A DNA stretch of 64,000 nucleotides from Spirochaetia bacterium (GTDB lineage Bacteria > Spirochaetota > Spirochaetia > DSM-16054 > Sediminispirochaetaceae), in NCBI GenBank assembly GCA_034520965.1, contig JAXHMY010000003.1, positions 256,001 through 320,000 of the forward strand. Reading direction: 5' to 3'. A model generated the notes under the pieces. That model worked only from the letters and a program-made list of their open reading frames with translations. It had not been told where the DNA came from and ran no database searches. The position numbers and the translations under genes were made by a program. The stretch's first letter is position 1. The number at the start of each line of letters is the position of its first letter. Positions 41,130 through 51,579 of this stretch are shown here, piece by piece.

Positions 41130-42408
41130 TTAATGGTTCAAACCATGGGGGATGCAATTTTTCACACGCCGGCTGCGAGTAAGGGCGATTACATCCACAC
41201 ATATTTGGGCCAGTACATCCCGTCGAACTTATCCAGGGTTCCGGTCATCCGTGCCCATACCATCAGCTGTGACCAGTTGAGCTTTACATGCGTGTAGAAC
41301 TTGCGCATGGTAAAGATACCCCGCAGCCCTCTCGCGATTTTACCCCGGGCACACCGGCCACCTCGGCATGGGAGAAGTTCTGAAGAAATGGATCTCCCGA
41401 TGCGAAAGGGCTTAAAATAATTCTGATACAGCTGGTAGACGGCCATGCGCTCAAGACAGTTATTGACATTCTGGGAGAAGCGGACCGTCTCGCGCACATG
41501 ATTGGCATTATCCTTCCTAAATTGCCTGTCCAGATAGTTGACAGAAAAAAGTGGATTGTCGATGGTGCGCGCCAAAAGGGAGGAGATTCTCACATGCTCA
41601 AACCTCCCCTCGCTTTTTAGGCTCTGGAGCACATCCGAACCCATGACCAATCTTTGATACTCTAACTTCTCATCGCTGTAGAGGCAGGTAAACCGCCGCT
41701 TCTGTGCGTATTGCTCGATCAGATCGACAATCTGCAGGAAGGACTGACTAATGGAGATTCTTTTGCGGATGTAGTGCCTCTCCCGCTGGTCACGTTCGGC
41801 CTTCTGTAGCTCAGTCATCTTTCCCTTGCGCCGCAAATGGGCATAGTCGAAGGTGATAAAGAACTGTGAACTCTTGCCGGCCAGGATGTGAATGTTATTC
41901 GGCTGGAACTGATCGCTGACAAAGCTCTCGAAGCCGTCGGTGACCAGGTCCTCGCAGGGAACATAGTCCTGCAGGACATCCGCCTGCAGGGCAATAGCCT
42001 GGCGGGCGAGACGGCCTAAGCGGTTGATGATCGCCTGGTGGCTGACCTCCATTATACGGGCGGTTTTACGCACTCCTCCGCAGTTGGTCATATGATCGAA
42101 AATCACCTGATAGTCGAGCTTTCGTTTAACATAATAATCGAGGCGGAAGGTTTGCTCACTGAAACCTCCTCCGCAGCTGAGGCATCTGAAGCGGGTGACC
42201 GTCCCATGGGCCAGGGTCTCGTAGCTGCCATTGATGTGGTACCAGCGCCCGTGGTCAGGTGGCTGGGTGTGATATTCACATTCGGGATGGGGACAAAATG
42301 GGGGGATAAGCATTGGCAGGCCTCCTCTAAAATAAAGTGTGGGTACACTCTAATAGAGGGGGTAAGTCGCATCTGTGCTTCAATTCCCCATGGTTTGAAC
42401 CATTAACC
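41130..42408 (-). mobile_element. IS1/IS1595-like insertion sequence
   Basis: Perfect 21-bp IR TTAATGGTTCAAACCATGGGG (41130-50 / 42386-406); direct repeat ACCCCTTTA at 41121-29 and 42409-17. Confidence 0.88.
41189..42313 (-). CDS. Putative transposase (Zn ribbon + HTH + RNase H-like core)
   Basis: CPHPEC...CLSC, GVRKTARIMEVS HTH, TDGFE / SDEK / VNYLDRQFRK; sole ORF between the TIRs. Confidence 0.8.
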   Translation of the reverse strand: MLIPPFCPHPECEYHTQPPDHGRWYHINGSYETLAHGTVTRFRCLSCGGGFSEQTFRLDYYVKRKLDYQVIFDHMTNCGGVRKTARIMEVSHQAIINRLGRLARQAIALQADVLQDYVPCEDLVTDGFESFVSDQFQPNNIHILAGKSSQFFITFDYAHLRRKGKMTELQKAERDQRERHYIRKRISISQSFLQIVDLIEQYAQKRRFTCLYSDEKLEYQRLVMGSDVLQSLKSEGRFEHVRISSLLARTIDNPLFSVNYLDRQFRKDNANHVRETVRFSQNVNNCLERMAVYQLYQNYFKPFRIGRSISSELLPCRGGRCARGKIARGLRGIFTMRKFYTHVKLNWSQLMVWARMTGTLDKFDGMYWPKYVWM

Positions 42409-42448
42409 ACCCCTTTACATACGAAGCGTGACTCCATAGTATTACACT

Positions 42449-42907
42449 ATGATACCTCATAATGTACAAACAGTGTTAGATAATCACAAGCTTTCAGCCA
42501 TAGAATTTGAGCCCGGCAGCACACCTACCTCTCTGATGGCTGCTGAGCAGCTCGGAGTTGAAGTAGGCCAAATTGCAAAATCTATTCTTATGCGTGGAAA
42601 GGATGACACTTATCGCATGTTCGTTTTGGCCGGCGACTGCAAAATATCATCCGGCAAGGTCAAACGCCTGACTGGAGTCAAACACAGCCTAGCCGGCGCG
42701 GAAGAGACTCAGAAGGTAACCGGCTTTTTACCCGGCAGCGTATGCCCCTTTGCGGTGGATACGGTCGAAATATTTCTCGATTCCAGTCTGAAAAAATGGC
42801 CGACCGTGTATCCGGCAGCAGGTACAGATGCATCAGGTGTACCGGTCACCTTTGATCAGCTGCTCACAATCAGCAATGCCGTTGAGGTAGATGTAGCTTC
42901 CGACTGA
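42449..42907 (+). CDS. YbaK/EbsC family aminoacyl-tRNA deacylase-like protein
   Basis: AAEQLG, QIAKSIL, TGFLPGSVCPF, VYPAAG. Confidence 0.9.
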   Translation: MIPHNVQTVLDNHKLSAIEFEPGSTPTSLMAAEQLGVEVGQIAKSILMRGKDDTYRMFVLAGDCKISSGKVKRLTGVKHSLAGAEETQKVTGFLPGSVCPFAVDTVEIFLDSSLKKWPTVYPAAGTDASGVPVTFDQLLTISNAVEVDVASD

Positions 42908-42913
42908 GCATTC

Positions 42914-43321
42914 CTAGGGATCGGTAGAGCTAATACTCCAATTCACTTCAAATTTACCCCGACTGTCTTGTCCGCTTATCAACAGCCTTACTTTTCCTTT
43001 ATGTTCTGCAGTGAAAGAGAGGGTCTGTTCCTGTCTAAAAATAATTGTCTCCTCACTTGAAGGCTTTTTTACTGAAAGCTGCAAACTTCCCTTTTTTATT
43101 TCCGGCAGCCATTCAACGGTTACTTTCTCGTTCTCTTCCACCTTAAAAGCTCGTTCTTTATCACCGGAGAAGAGAAAAAAACTTGCATGGGTGGAATCAG
43201 TACTGTTTCGCTCGAACCATAAAAGACGGGACTCGTTACCCAGCGTCTTAATTCCAATTGCGAGCAGAAGCATCGGGATTCCAATTAATAAGATACGTTT
43301 TATGTCTGCTTTTTTTTGCAT
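42914..43321 (-). CDS. Membrane-anchored hypothetical protein
   Basis: SD GGAGAG, N-terminal TM helix, beta-rich domain. Confidence 0.65.
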   Translation of the reverse strand: MQKKADIKRILLIGIPMLLLAIGIKTLGNESRLLWFERNSTDSTHASFFLFSGDKERAFKVEENEKVTVEWLPEIKKGSLQLSVKKPSSEETIIFRQEQTLSFTAEHKGKVRLLISGQDSRGKFEVNWSISSTDP

Positions 43322-43370
43322 ACTCTCTCCTTGAAAAAATAATAGTCTCCGGTTAAGCCGCCCAGCAATA

Positions 43371-44330
43371 CTAACGAAACAGAAACGTTGCAAGGACTAA
43401 GAAAATAGGCAGGGTAATTACCGCACTCAAATATGTAATTAAGATTCCCGTTCCTATATAATGAATCTGTTTTTCAGTCCCATAGACCTTGGCTACCAGG
43501 AGCAAATTAGTTGCCGGAGGTACCGCTGCCTGCAATATTAAAGATAAGCGTATGCCCCATTGCATAGAGGGTGACAGCGCATTCAACGGTAAGAGTGCCG
43601 CTATTCCAATAAACACCGCCGGGTAAAGTACAAAGCGCAGCAATACTAAACGACCGAATTCAGGACGATATTTTAAGTCTCTCCCCGGAATAGTAGCCAA
43701 TACGGCCCCCAGCATTACAAGCATCAAATCTAAAGCATATTCTCCGGAAAACTCCAATAGGGGACGCACAAAATGGGGAATATAACCTGACAGATTAAAA
43801 GTGGCAAGGATAATTCCTCCGATCAGCCCTATCAGCGGAGGATTTAATTTAAGGGTAAAGCGAGCAGGACCCTCACTTACCAGTGATATCGCTGCCGTCC
43901 ATAAGATAATATTAAATGCCAATACAAACATAAACATATAAATGCTTATCTCGGGAGGTGCCAGAGCTTCTATTATGGGAAGAGGTATAAAACCGGCATT
44001 ATGGATAGTAAACAGGGCTATCATTGAATTGGGCTGATGAGAATAAAGGGGGCGGGTACGAACCAGCGCACGTGCTATTAGAACCTGAGTTCCAATCATC
44101 ACAAAACAGGCGATAAAATATACAAATAACCACTGGGAACCCACGGAAACAGCCGTTTCCCACCCAAGGGGCAGCCTGTGTAAAAAGTAGAGTGGAAATA
44201 GTATATTCATCACAGTAAAAATAGCCGGTTTCAAAACCCGCCGTCCCATCACCGGGATGCGAAAAAGAGCGAAGCCCAGCAAAGCAAGCCCGGCAAGTTT
44301 TAGTACCGCTTCAAATATTGGTTGATACAT
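43371..44330 (-). CDS. AEC (auxin efflux carrier) family transporter
   Basis: NAGFIPLPI, NPPL, AAVPPA; about 10 TM helices. Confidence 0.85.
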   Translation of the reverse strand: MYQPIFEAVLKLAGLALLGFALFRIPVMGRRVLKPAIFTVMNILFPLYFLHRLPLGWETAVSVGSQWLFVYFIACFVMIGTQVLIARALVRTRPLYSHQPNSMIALFTIHNAGFIPLPIIEALAPPEISIYMFMFVLAFNIILWTAAISLVSEGPARFTLKLNPPLIGLIGGIILATFNLSGYIPHFVRPLLEFSGEYALDLMLVMLGAVLATIPGRDLKYRPEFGRLVLLRFVLYPAVFIGIAALLPLNALSPSMQWGIRLSLILQAAVPPATNLLLVAKVYGTEKQIHYIGTGILITYLSAVITLPIFLVLATFLFR

Positions 44331-44341
44331 ACTATGTCATT

Positions 44342-46210
44342 TTAGGATGAGGCAGTATCCTCAAGTTCCTGCAACTCCTCCCAGCGCCGATACGCAGCCT
44401 CCAGTTCCGATTCTACCTTTTTCAGCTGGGCGGTAAGGACAGCCGGTGCTCCCTGGGCAGAGCGGTAAAGCTCCGGATCGGCTAATTCATTATGTATTCG
44501 CTCTAACTCTGCCTCTATATTAATAATTGTATCGGGTAAGTTCTCCAGCTCCTGACGCTCTTTGTACGAGAGGGTCCGCGGTTTTTCTGTTTTAGGCTTT
44601 TTAGCCCGACGCTTTTGAACAGCAGATTTTTCCTCTGTGGAGGCCTGTAGAGTTTTTTGACCAACCTTAACGGGGACATCCTTACTACTCTGCTGCTCTT
44701 CAGTTTTTCGGCGCAGCTCGGAATCCTCCCAATCGGCGTAGCCTCCGGCGTATTCAATCACCCGTCCCCGGCCTGCCAATACAAAACAATCGGTTACCAC
44801 ATTGTCGAGGAAAGTTCTGTCGTGGCTGACCAACAGTATGGTCCCCTGATACTCCTGAAGTAAATCTTCCAGCAGCTCAAGGGTTTCAACATCAAGGTCG
44901 TTGGTCGGTTCATCCAGAATCAGCAGATTCGCCGGCCGGGCAAACAGTTTAGCCAGCAACAAACGATTCCGTTCGCCCCCTGACAAATGGGCAACCGGGC
45001 TTTTAGCCCTGTCCGGGCTGAACAGAAAATCCTGCAGGTACGCCATAATGTGTTTTTTACGGCCGTTCAGTTCAATTGTCTCATATCCATCGCCCAAATC
45101 TTTCGATTACGTTTTTATCCGGGTCCAATTCTGTCTCCGCATTTGGTCAAAATATACGGGTTCAAGGTTTACTCCATGGCGAATAGTGCCATTCTGGGGC
45201 TCAAGTTCCTTCAATAAAAGTTTCAAGAGGGTCGTTTTCCCAGAACCGTTGGGACCGATAATCCTGACCCTATCCCGGCGCATAATTGTAGTAGTAAAGT
45301 TGTCAATAATCGGTTCGCTAATCGATTGACCATCAGACTTTTCGCCGTATCCAAAGCTGATACTTTTGGCCTCAATCACCAAATTTCCCGAACGCCCACC
45401 GTTATGGATTTCCATGCGCGCTTTTCCAGTCTGTTCCCGTCGTTGACGGTACTGGTCGCGCATCTCCTGCAGCGCCCGTACCCGACCTTCGTTCCGCGTT
45501 CGGCGGGCCTTCACCCCGCGCCGTAACCAGGCCTCCTCTCTAGCCAAACGCTTATCAAACTCAGCTCTCTTTTTTGCTTCGGCTTCCAATAGCTCTTCAC
45601 GCCGCTCTAAAAACTGCTCGTAGGAAGTACGAAATGCGTAGACCTTGCCTCGATCAATTTCTGCAACCCGATTCGACAGACGTTTTGCAAAGCTGCGATC
45701 GTGGGTTACAAAAACCACCGTCTTCACCCGCCGCAGCAGATAATCTTCCAGCAAACGGATAGTATCAATATCCAAATGGTTAGTCGGCTCGTCCAGCAGA
45801 AGAACCTCCGCATCAGCTGCAAGTACCCGGGCCAGATAAGCCCGCCGTTGCTCCCCTCCGGACATTGAAGACAATTCCTGTTCAGGATCGAGGCCCAGCA
45901 GAGACAAAGCCTGCTCGGCAGCCAAACTCCGTTCAGGATCGCCGTCGGTGACAAGTTCAATCAACCTGCCTTGAGCGCCGTTTGGAAACTCCTGCCGCAG
46001 GTAGGCAGTCTTCACACCGCCTTCCCACACAACCTCCCCTGAATCCGGTTCAAGCAGACCGGCCATTAACTTAAGCAGTGTCGATTTACCGGTTCCGTTC
46101 TTACCGAGCAAACAGAGTTTATCACCTGATTCAATATGAAGCTCCAGGCCATCCAGCAACGGAGGCCCCCCGAAGCTTAAACTGAGATTTTTTATGCTAA
46201 TTATTGCCAT
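44342..46210 (-). CDS. uup: ABC-F ATPase Uup, frameshift near 45110
   Basis: WLRRGVKARRTRNEGRVRAL linker, two ABC cassettes (LSGGERNRLLLA), C-terminal LSYKERQELENLP; split over two frames. Confidence 0.9.
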
Positions 46211-46275
46211 GCTTAATCATATCTGTTTGGATAGATCTCTACAATAGTTTCGCATCACAGGACAGCCACCTAAGT

Positions 46276-46419
46276 CAGCGATTCTAAATTTGGAAGTCTT
46301 TAGACTTCCAAATTCAGATTTCCGCATCAATCTCTTTGCAACTTTTATATATCTCATATGCTCGCAGGTATTCTCATTTTTGGATAGTATAATTACACTA
46401 TCCAAAATGAGAATAGCTG
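46276..46419. mobile_element. MITE copy 1 (144 bp)
   Basis: Ends CAGCGATTCT / AGAATAGCTG (9/10 IR); 9-bp TSD CACCTAAGT at 46267-75 and 46420-28; internal palindromes. Confidence 0.82.
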
Positions 46420-46429
46420 CACCTAAGTG

Positions 46430-46484
46430 TTGACAGTTACTCAAACATGGATGTAATCTAATAATGACAGCGTTATGCTGTCAT
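46430..46484 (+). promoter_or_regulatory. TA promoter and palindromic operator
   Basis: TTGACA (46430)-18 nt-TAATCT; inverted repeat ATGACAGC-N5-GCTGTCAT (46464-84). Confidence 0.65.
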
Positions 46485-46512
46485 ATTGTGCAGACACATA
46501 AAGGGGGCTGCA

Positions 46513-46773
46513 ATGAAAAACATCACAATACGCGGTGTCGATGAAAAATTAGAGCGAGCACTTAAAGAGAAAGCACAACAAGAACACATGAGCATGAATA
46601 AGCTTGTTATTCGAATACTGCAAAATAATCTTGTCAAAGACAAGAAGTCAGAGATTCTAAAAACATACGATGATCTCGATCATCTTGCCGGTACATGGAG
46701 TGAAGCCGAAGCCCGCGAGTTTGAAGAGTACATTACCCCTTTCGAACAAATCGACGAAGAGATGTGGAAATGA
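46513..46773 (+). CDS. Antitoxin (FitA-like ribbon-helix-helix)
   Basis: MKNITIRGVD...ALKEKA...SMN; DLDHLAGTW; ATGA overlap with PIN toxin. Confidence 0.85.
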   Translation: MKNITIRGVDEKLERALKEKAQQEHMSMNKLVIRILQNNLVKDKKSEILKTYDDLDHLAGTWSEAEAREFEEYITPFEQIDEEMWK

Positions 46774-47159
46774 GAAAAGTATGCATCGACACCAATATCT
46801 ACACTGCATTCAAGAAAAAAAATCCCGATGTGGTAGTAGCCTTCCGCAGTTTTGATCTTATAGGCATCGACAGTGCGGTACTCGCTGAACTATATGCCGG
46901 TTTTGACCTGGGAAGGAAAAGCAAACAAAACCGAGAAGAGCTTACCGATTTCCTCAATTCACAAAGAGTTATTCTATACTCACACGACATGGAGACTGCA
47001 GAGTTCTTTTCTTACATTTTCCGACAACTCAGATCGAAGGGTACTCCCATTCCTACCAACGACATATGGATAGCAGCATCCAGTATGCAGCATGGACTGG
47101 CACTCTACACTTTCGACCGTCATTTCTATTCAATCGACGGTATACTTCTGTACGAATGA
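46770..47159 (+). CDS. vapC: VapC PIN-domain toxin
   Basis: IDTN, LAELYAG, GTPIPTNDIWIAA, TFDRHF. Confidence 0.92.
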   Translation: MRKVCIDTNIYTAFKKKNPDVVVAFRSFDLIGIDSAVLAELYAGFDLGRKSKQNREELTDFLNSQRVILYSHDMETAEFFSYIFRQLRSKGTPIPTNDIWIAASSMQHGLALYTFDRHFYSIDGILLYE

Positions 47160-47286
47160 TAATAAATCCGTTACTTATTTTATTGTACCCGGACGAATCT
47201 GTAATGCATTCTTAGCGGCTGTATCCTGGGCCGGCACAACTGTCGAGGCAAAGTCCTTTGCAGGAGCAAGGGATACCTTTTCTCCA

Positions 47287-47429
47287 GAGCGATATCTACA
47301 TCCGGAAGTCTTTTGACTTCCAAATATAGAATTCGCATCAATTTCTTTGCAAAATTTTATATATCTAAACCTTTGGAGGCATTCTCAGTTTGGATAGTGT
47401 AATTACACTATCCAAACTGAGAATAGCTG
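47287..47429. mobile_element. MITE copy 2 (143 bp)
   Basis: Homologous to 46276-46419; own 9-bp TSD TTTTCTCCA at 47278-86 and 47430-38; perfect 44-bp palindrome 47381-47424. Confidence 0.82.
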
Positions 47430-47529
47430 TTTTCTCCATCAAAAAACAACACCCCTTCCCGGGAGAGTGAACTCAACAGCGTCGGATCCTCGAAGCCTTC
47501 GATATTTTGATCGGTTAAAGAGAACCTCG

Positions 47530-48988
47530 TTATAACTTTATATCACCACCGTTGCCGCCGAATATCGCGTGCGATTTTTTCAGCAGTTCATCGGTGTGGG
47601 GAGCGATATGCTGATAGACCGTCTCGTTGATCCGCTGGTAGAGCTCGGCGTTTTCGGCTACGGGCTGGAAAGTGTCCTTCCTCCGGACCATCTGCTCGAT
47701 GGCCTCCTGCCGGTCGCGGTAGACTCCCAGGGCCAGGGCGGTACAAATGGCGGCTCCCATGCCGGCCGATTCGTTGACCACATTCCGGTGCGCCGGAACT
47801 CCGAATACCTCGGCGAATATCTGCATGAACAGCTCGCCGTTGGAGCCGCCGCCGCTGACAATGAGGTGTGTCAGCTCTACCCCCCGCTCGTCGCACATGG
47901 CCTGGGCGTGGTTTTTCATGGTGAAGGCGATTCCCTCCAGAACGGAGCGGAACATATGCGGGCCCTTGTGGCTGCCGTTGAAGCCGATCATCATTCCCCG
48001 CTCGTGGGGACGGGTAGGTTCTGCCAGCCAGTGGAGGACCGTATACAGCCCGTCACAGCCTACGGGAACCTCGGCGGCCAGCTTGTTGAGGTAGGCTTCC
48101 GGCGACAGGCCGTGTTCCTCCGCTGCCCGGACGATGTCGGATCCGAGCAGATCCTTTATCCAGGTTATGGTGGCCATGCCGTGCCGAATGCCGTTGCTTT
48201 CGTAGAGAACCTCGCCCCGGGTTGCGCCGGGGTTGCTCCAGTAATGGACGCTGTCCGGGTTATATTCATTACCCACCATCATGGAGGTGATGTAGGTTCC
48301 CAGAGAGACAAGCACGGTGCCGTCGTTTACCAGGCCGGCCCCCAGCCCCTCCACCGCCTTGTCGTTGGCGGTAGCCACAACGGGGATGCCCGCCGGTATG
48401 CCGGTGGCCTCGCTGGCCCCCGGGGTGATACGGCCCAGGACGCTGGAGGGGTCTACCAAATCGAAGAGCATTTCCCGCGGGGTGGTGTAGGAGTCGAAGG
48501 TCTCTCCGGCTTCGTACCACTCCAGGGTCTGCGGATTTATGGGCCAGGGGCCAACGTAGTTGGCACGGGTATCCCGGGTTTCTCCAGTCAGCCGGTGAGT
48601 AAGGTAGCCGGTAGAAGTTGTCACGTAGCGCACCGCATCGTCTTCGTGCTGGTAGGGTTTTGACAGGCGAATATCCATCCAGTTCTGCACCGGGGGCGGC
48701 CAGCTGGCCGTCCGCTCGTATGAGGGCCCGGCAGCAGCGGATCGACCCCAGCCCGACTCCGATGATTGCATTTCTGTCACCGGAAAATTTTTCAAACAGG
48801 TTTCCCGGCTGGCCTGTTGCAGGCTATCCCACAGGTCGTCATCGGGATGCTCGGCCCGGCCTTCTCCGTATAGATGGAGGGCCTTGAGTCGCTCGGTTTG
48901 AGCACATCATTTCCGTTCCGGAGGTATCGAAAATTGCCACCTTGGTGCTTTGGGAACCTCCGTCAATGGCCATAATATACTGTTCCAT
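47530..48988 (-). CDS. FGGY-family carbohydrate kinase (YgcE-like), several frameshifts in the 5' third
   Basis: AIDGGSQSTK, NWMDIRL, TANDKAVEGLGAG, SLGTY, SVLEGIA, VSGGGS. Confidence 0.85.
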
Positions 48989-49002
48989 GTTCAACTCCCG
49001 GT

Positions 49003-49782
49003 TTATCGTGTCAGGTACCCGCCGTCCACCGTCAGGACGGCTCCATTCATGTAGTTCGAGGCAGCGCTCGCAAGAAAAACACAGGAGCCCATCAGTTCGC
49101 CGGGCAGACCCCAGCGTTCGGCGGGAATGTGCGAGAGAATTTCCCCGTTGCGCTTTGTATTGTTTCTGGTTTTCTCGGTTAGCTTTGTGGCGAAATAGCC
49201 CGGCGCCAGCGCATTTACCTGGATGTCGAACTGGGCCAGTTCGTCGCACATGGTTTTGGTAAGCCCGACAATACCATGCTTGGTGGCCGCGTAGGCCGGT
49301 GACCACTGCCCGCCGAGAAAGGAGTAGAGCGAGGCAATGTTGATTATTTTCCCGCTCTTCTGCTCGATCATAAACTTGCTGGCTTCCTGGGTCATTTCAA
49401 AGGCAGCGGTCAGATTAACAGAGACCATTTTATCCCATTCCCGGCGGGTATATTTAGTCACATCTTCTATATTAATACTGATTCCCGCACAATTGATAAG
49501 AATATCAATGCCGCCCCAGGTATCGACACAGTCCTTGACCACCCGTTTACATTCGCCCTCGGCGGTAATATCGGCATAGTTATAGGTATACTCCACGCCG
49601 CAGTCTCCGACCATCTGCGCAGTTTCTCCCCCGTCATCCATTATGCTGACGGCCATTACATTAGCCCCGCCCTTTGCGAGGGCGAGGGAGAATACCTGCC
49701 CCAGGCCGGTGTTGCCGCCGGTTACTAGCGCATTTTTTCCTTTGAGCGAGAAATAGTCCATGCTGAAATCTGTCAAGTTCAT
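49003..49782 (-). CDS. SDR oxidoreductase (YgcW/KduD-like)
   Basis: FSMDYFSLKGK, TGGNTGLG, YAATKHG, VDGGYL. Confidence 0.9.
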   Translation of the reverse strand: MNLTDFSMDYFSLKGKNALVTGGNTGLGQVFSLALAKGGANVMAVSIMDDGGETAQMVGDCGVEYTYNYADITAEGECKRVVKDCVDTWGGIDILINCAGISINIEDVTKYTRREWDKMVSVNLTAAFEMTQEASKFMIEQKSGKIINIASLYSFLGGQWSPAYAATKHGIVGLTKTMCDELAQFDIQVNALAPGYFATKLTEKTRNNTKRNGEILSHIPAERWGLPGELMGSCVFLASAASNYMNGAVLTVDGGYLTR

Positions 49783-50780
49783 TGCTGCTCTCCTTGTGCT
49801 TCGCTGCGGAATGCCTCAATTCTATCTGTCAGTTTATCGATAAACTCCATGGCATCGCCTTCGACGACGATGTCCGCTAGACTGCAGATAGGGGCATTCC
49901 GGTTGGTATTGACTGAAATAATCGATTCTATATTTTTCATACCGTCGACATGCTGTATGGCACCGTTGATTCCCAAGGCGATGTACAGCCGCGGACTGAC
50001 GGTGCGGCCCGACTGTCCCACTTGGATGCTGCGGGGAGCGATGCCCCGGTCCACAATTTTCCGGCTGGCTGAAACCCGTCCCTGCAGGGCATCTGCCAGG
50101 CGCTGCAGCCCGGAGAAACTGCGCAGTACTCCGCCGCCGCCGGAGATAAGGACATCACTCTCCCGGATGTCGTAGGATATCTGCTTTTCCTTTACCGCCA
50201 GCGGCTTCAGGCTGCCGCGGGCTTCTACGGGCGCCGTATACTTCCGCACTTCCGTTTTCATCCCGCCTTCTCCCGCATATTTGAAAACCCCGGGACGTAC
50301 ACTCATCATGACCGGTCCGCTTCCGCGGGTGACGATCGCGGCCATTAGTCTTCCGCTGTAGGCGGGGCGGATAATCTCCACTTTTCCGTCCTGCCGGCGG
50401 ATATCCGTTATGTCCGCCACTATCCCGGTGTGCAGACGTTTGGCCAGGCGGGGGGCGATCATGCGGCCGAAGGGGGTAGCCGGAACCAGAATGGAATCGA
50501 ATTGGTATTCCTTCTGCAGCTGTGTAAGAACTGCGCATATTCCGATCTGATCGTGGGGCTCTATAACTTGCCGGCTTAGGTGAATGATTTTATCAAAGAA
50601 ACCGGACAAGGGTTCGCTGGGGCCGTCGGGGCCGTCGGGGCCGGCGGAGCCGTCGATCACCAGCGCGTAGGCCTCAAAGGGCGCTTCTCCGTACATTTTT
50701 TCGGCCGCTGATAGCAGATCGACGGTACGTTCGATCTGTTCGCAGTCCTGGAAAATCAAAGTCCGCTTCACCTGCTTCAT
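49779..50780 (-). CDS. Electron transfer flavoprotein alpha (YgcQ/FixB-like)
   Basis: RPAYSG, QVGQSGRTV, GINGAIQH, NAPI. Confidence 0.9.
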   Translation of the reverse strand: MKQVKRTLIFQDCEQIERTVDLLSAAEKMYGEAPFEAYALVIDGSAGPDGPDGPSEPLSGFFDKIIHLSRQVIEPHDQIGICAVLTQLQKEYQFDSILVPATPFGRMIAPRLAKRLHTGIVADITDIRRQDGKVEIIRPAYSGRLMAAIVTRGSGPVMMSVRPGVFKYAGEGGMKTEVRKYTAPVEARGSLKPLAVKEKQISYDIRESDVLISGGGGVLRSFSGLQRLADALQGRVSASRKIVDRGIAPRSIQVGQSGRTVSPRLYIALGINGAIQHVDGMKNIESIISVNTNRNAPICSLADIVVEGDAMEFIDKLTDRIEAFRSEAQGEQQ

Positions 50781-51579
50781 TTTATAAGAAATCCTTTTTC
50801 CAACAGGAAATTGAACACCGCTTCGATGCCTGCATCGTCGTTCTGCACTATGCTGCGGTCGCGGGTCTCAAAGCTCTGTGTGTAGGTCCGGACCACCTGC
50901 GGTCAGGGAGCCTTCGCTGCCGACCTCCTCGGGGGCAAAGCCGAGCTCGCCGTTGCCGATCACCGTCAATTTGCCGGAGACGTCCTTCTGGAAGTCTTCG
51001 TACTTCACGTAAGGCAGCTTGTAACCGCTCTCCCGGTCCAGGCTCAGGATTGCGGGCATGGCCATTTCCCAGGTAACTACCGAGCTGTTCGTACTCCACC
51101 TCGAAGACAGCCCGCCGCCCATCAAAGCGTTCCAGGTCGACTGCAGTTATCCCGGACATCTGCTCCAGGCCGAGCTCTTCGCCTATCTGCGCCGGGACAT
51201 GGGATGTGTCGCCGTCCAGAGCGTGGCTGCCCGTAAAAAGGACGTCGAACTGCCGGCTGGACAGATAGCGTGCCAGGATTTTGCTGGTCACATAGGTGTC
51301 GCTGCCCCGGTAGGCGGGGTCGCTGATGATGGTGCCCCGGTCGGTATCCAGCCGCAGCAGGTCTTCCACATGGGGGCGCACCGACTGCGGGCCCATGGTC
51401 ACCACTTCGATACTGCAGTCGGGACGGCTGGCCTTCACTTTAAGGGCAAAGGCCAGCGCGCAGGCATCGTCCGGGTTGAGAACCATCCGGATGTGTTCGC
51501 GGATGAGGGTGTTGTTTTCGTAGTCATAGGCAAAGCTGTCCACATCGGGGACAATCTTCACCACGCAGATTATCTTCAA
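50777..51579 (-). CDS. Electron transfer flavoprotein beta (YgcR/FixA-like), frameshifted at about 51090 and 50900
   Basis: CVVKIVPD, NPDD, TMGP, GSDTYVTS, DGDTSHV; C-terminus ...EKGFLIK* overlaps the alpha start. Confidence 0.85.

Noticed and set aside
46267..47438. Repeats read as CRISPR, integron attC or REP
   Set aside because: Only two long copies with no spacers or cas genes, no attC core boxes or integrase recognised; individual 9-bp TSDs point to transposition.
47569..48663. 364-aa plus-strand ORF
   Set aside because: Antisense shadow of the GC-rich FGGY kinase.
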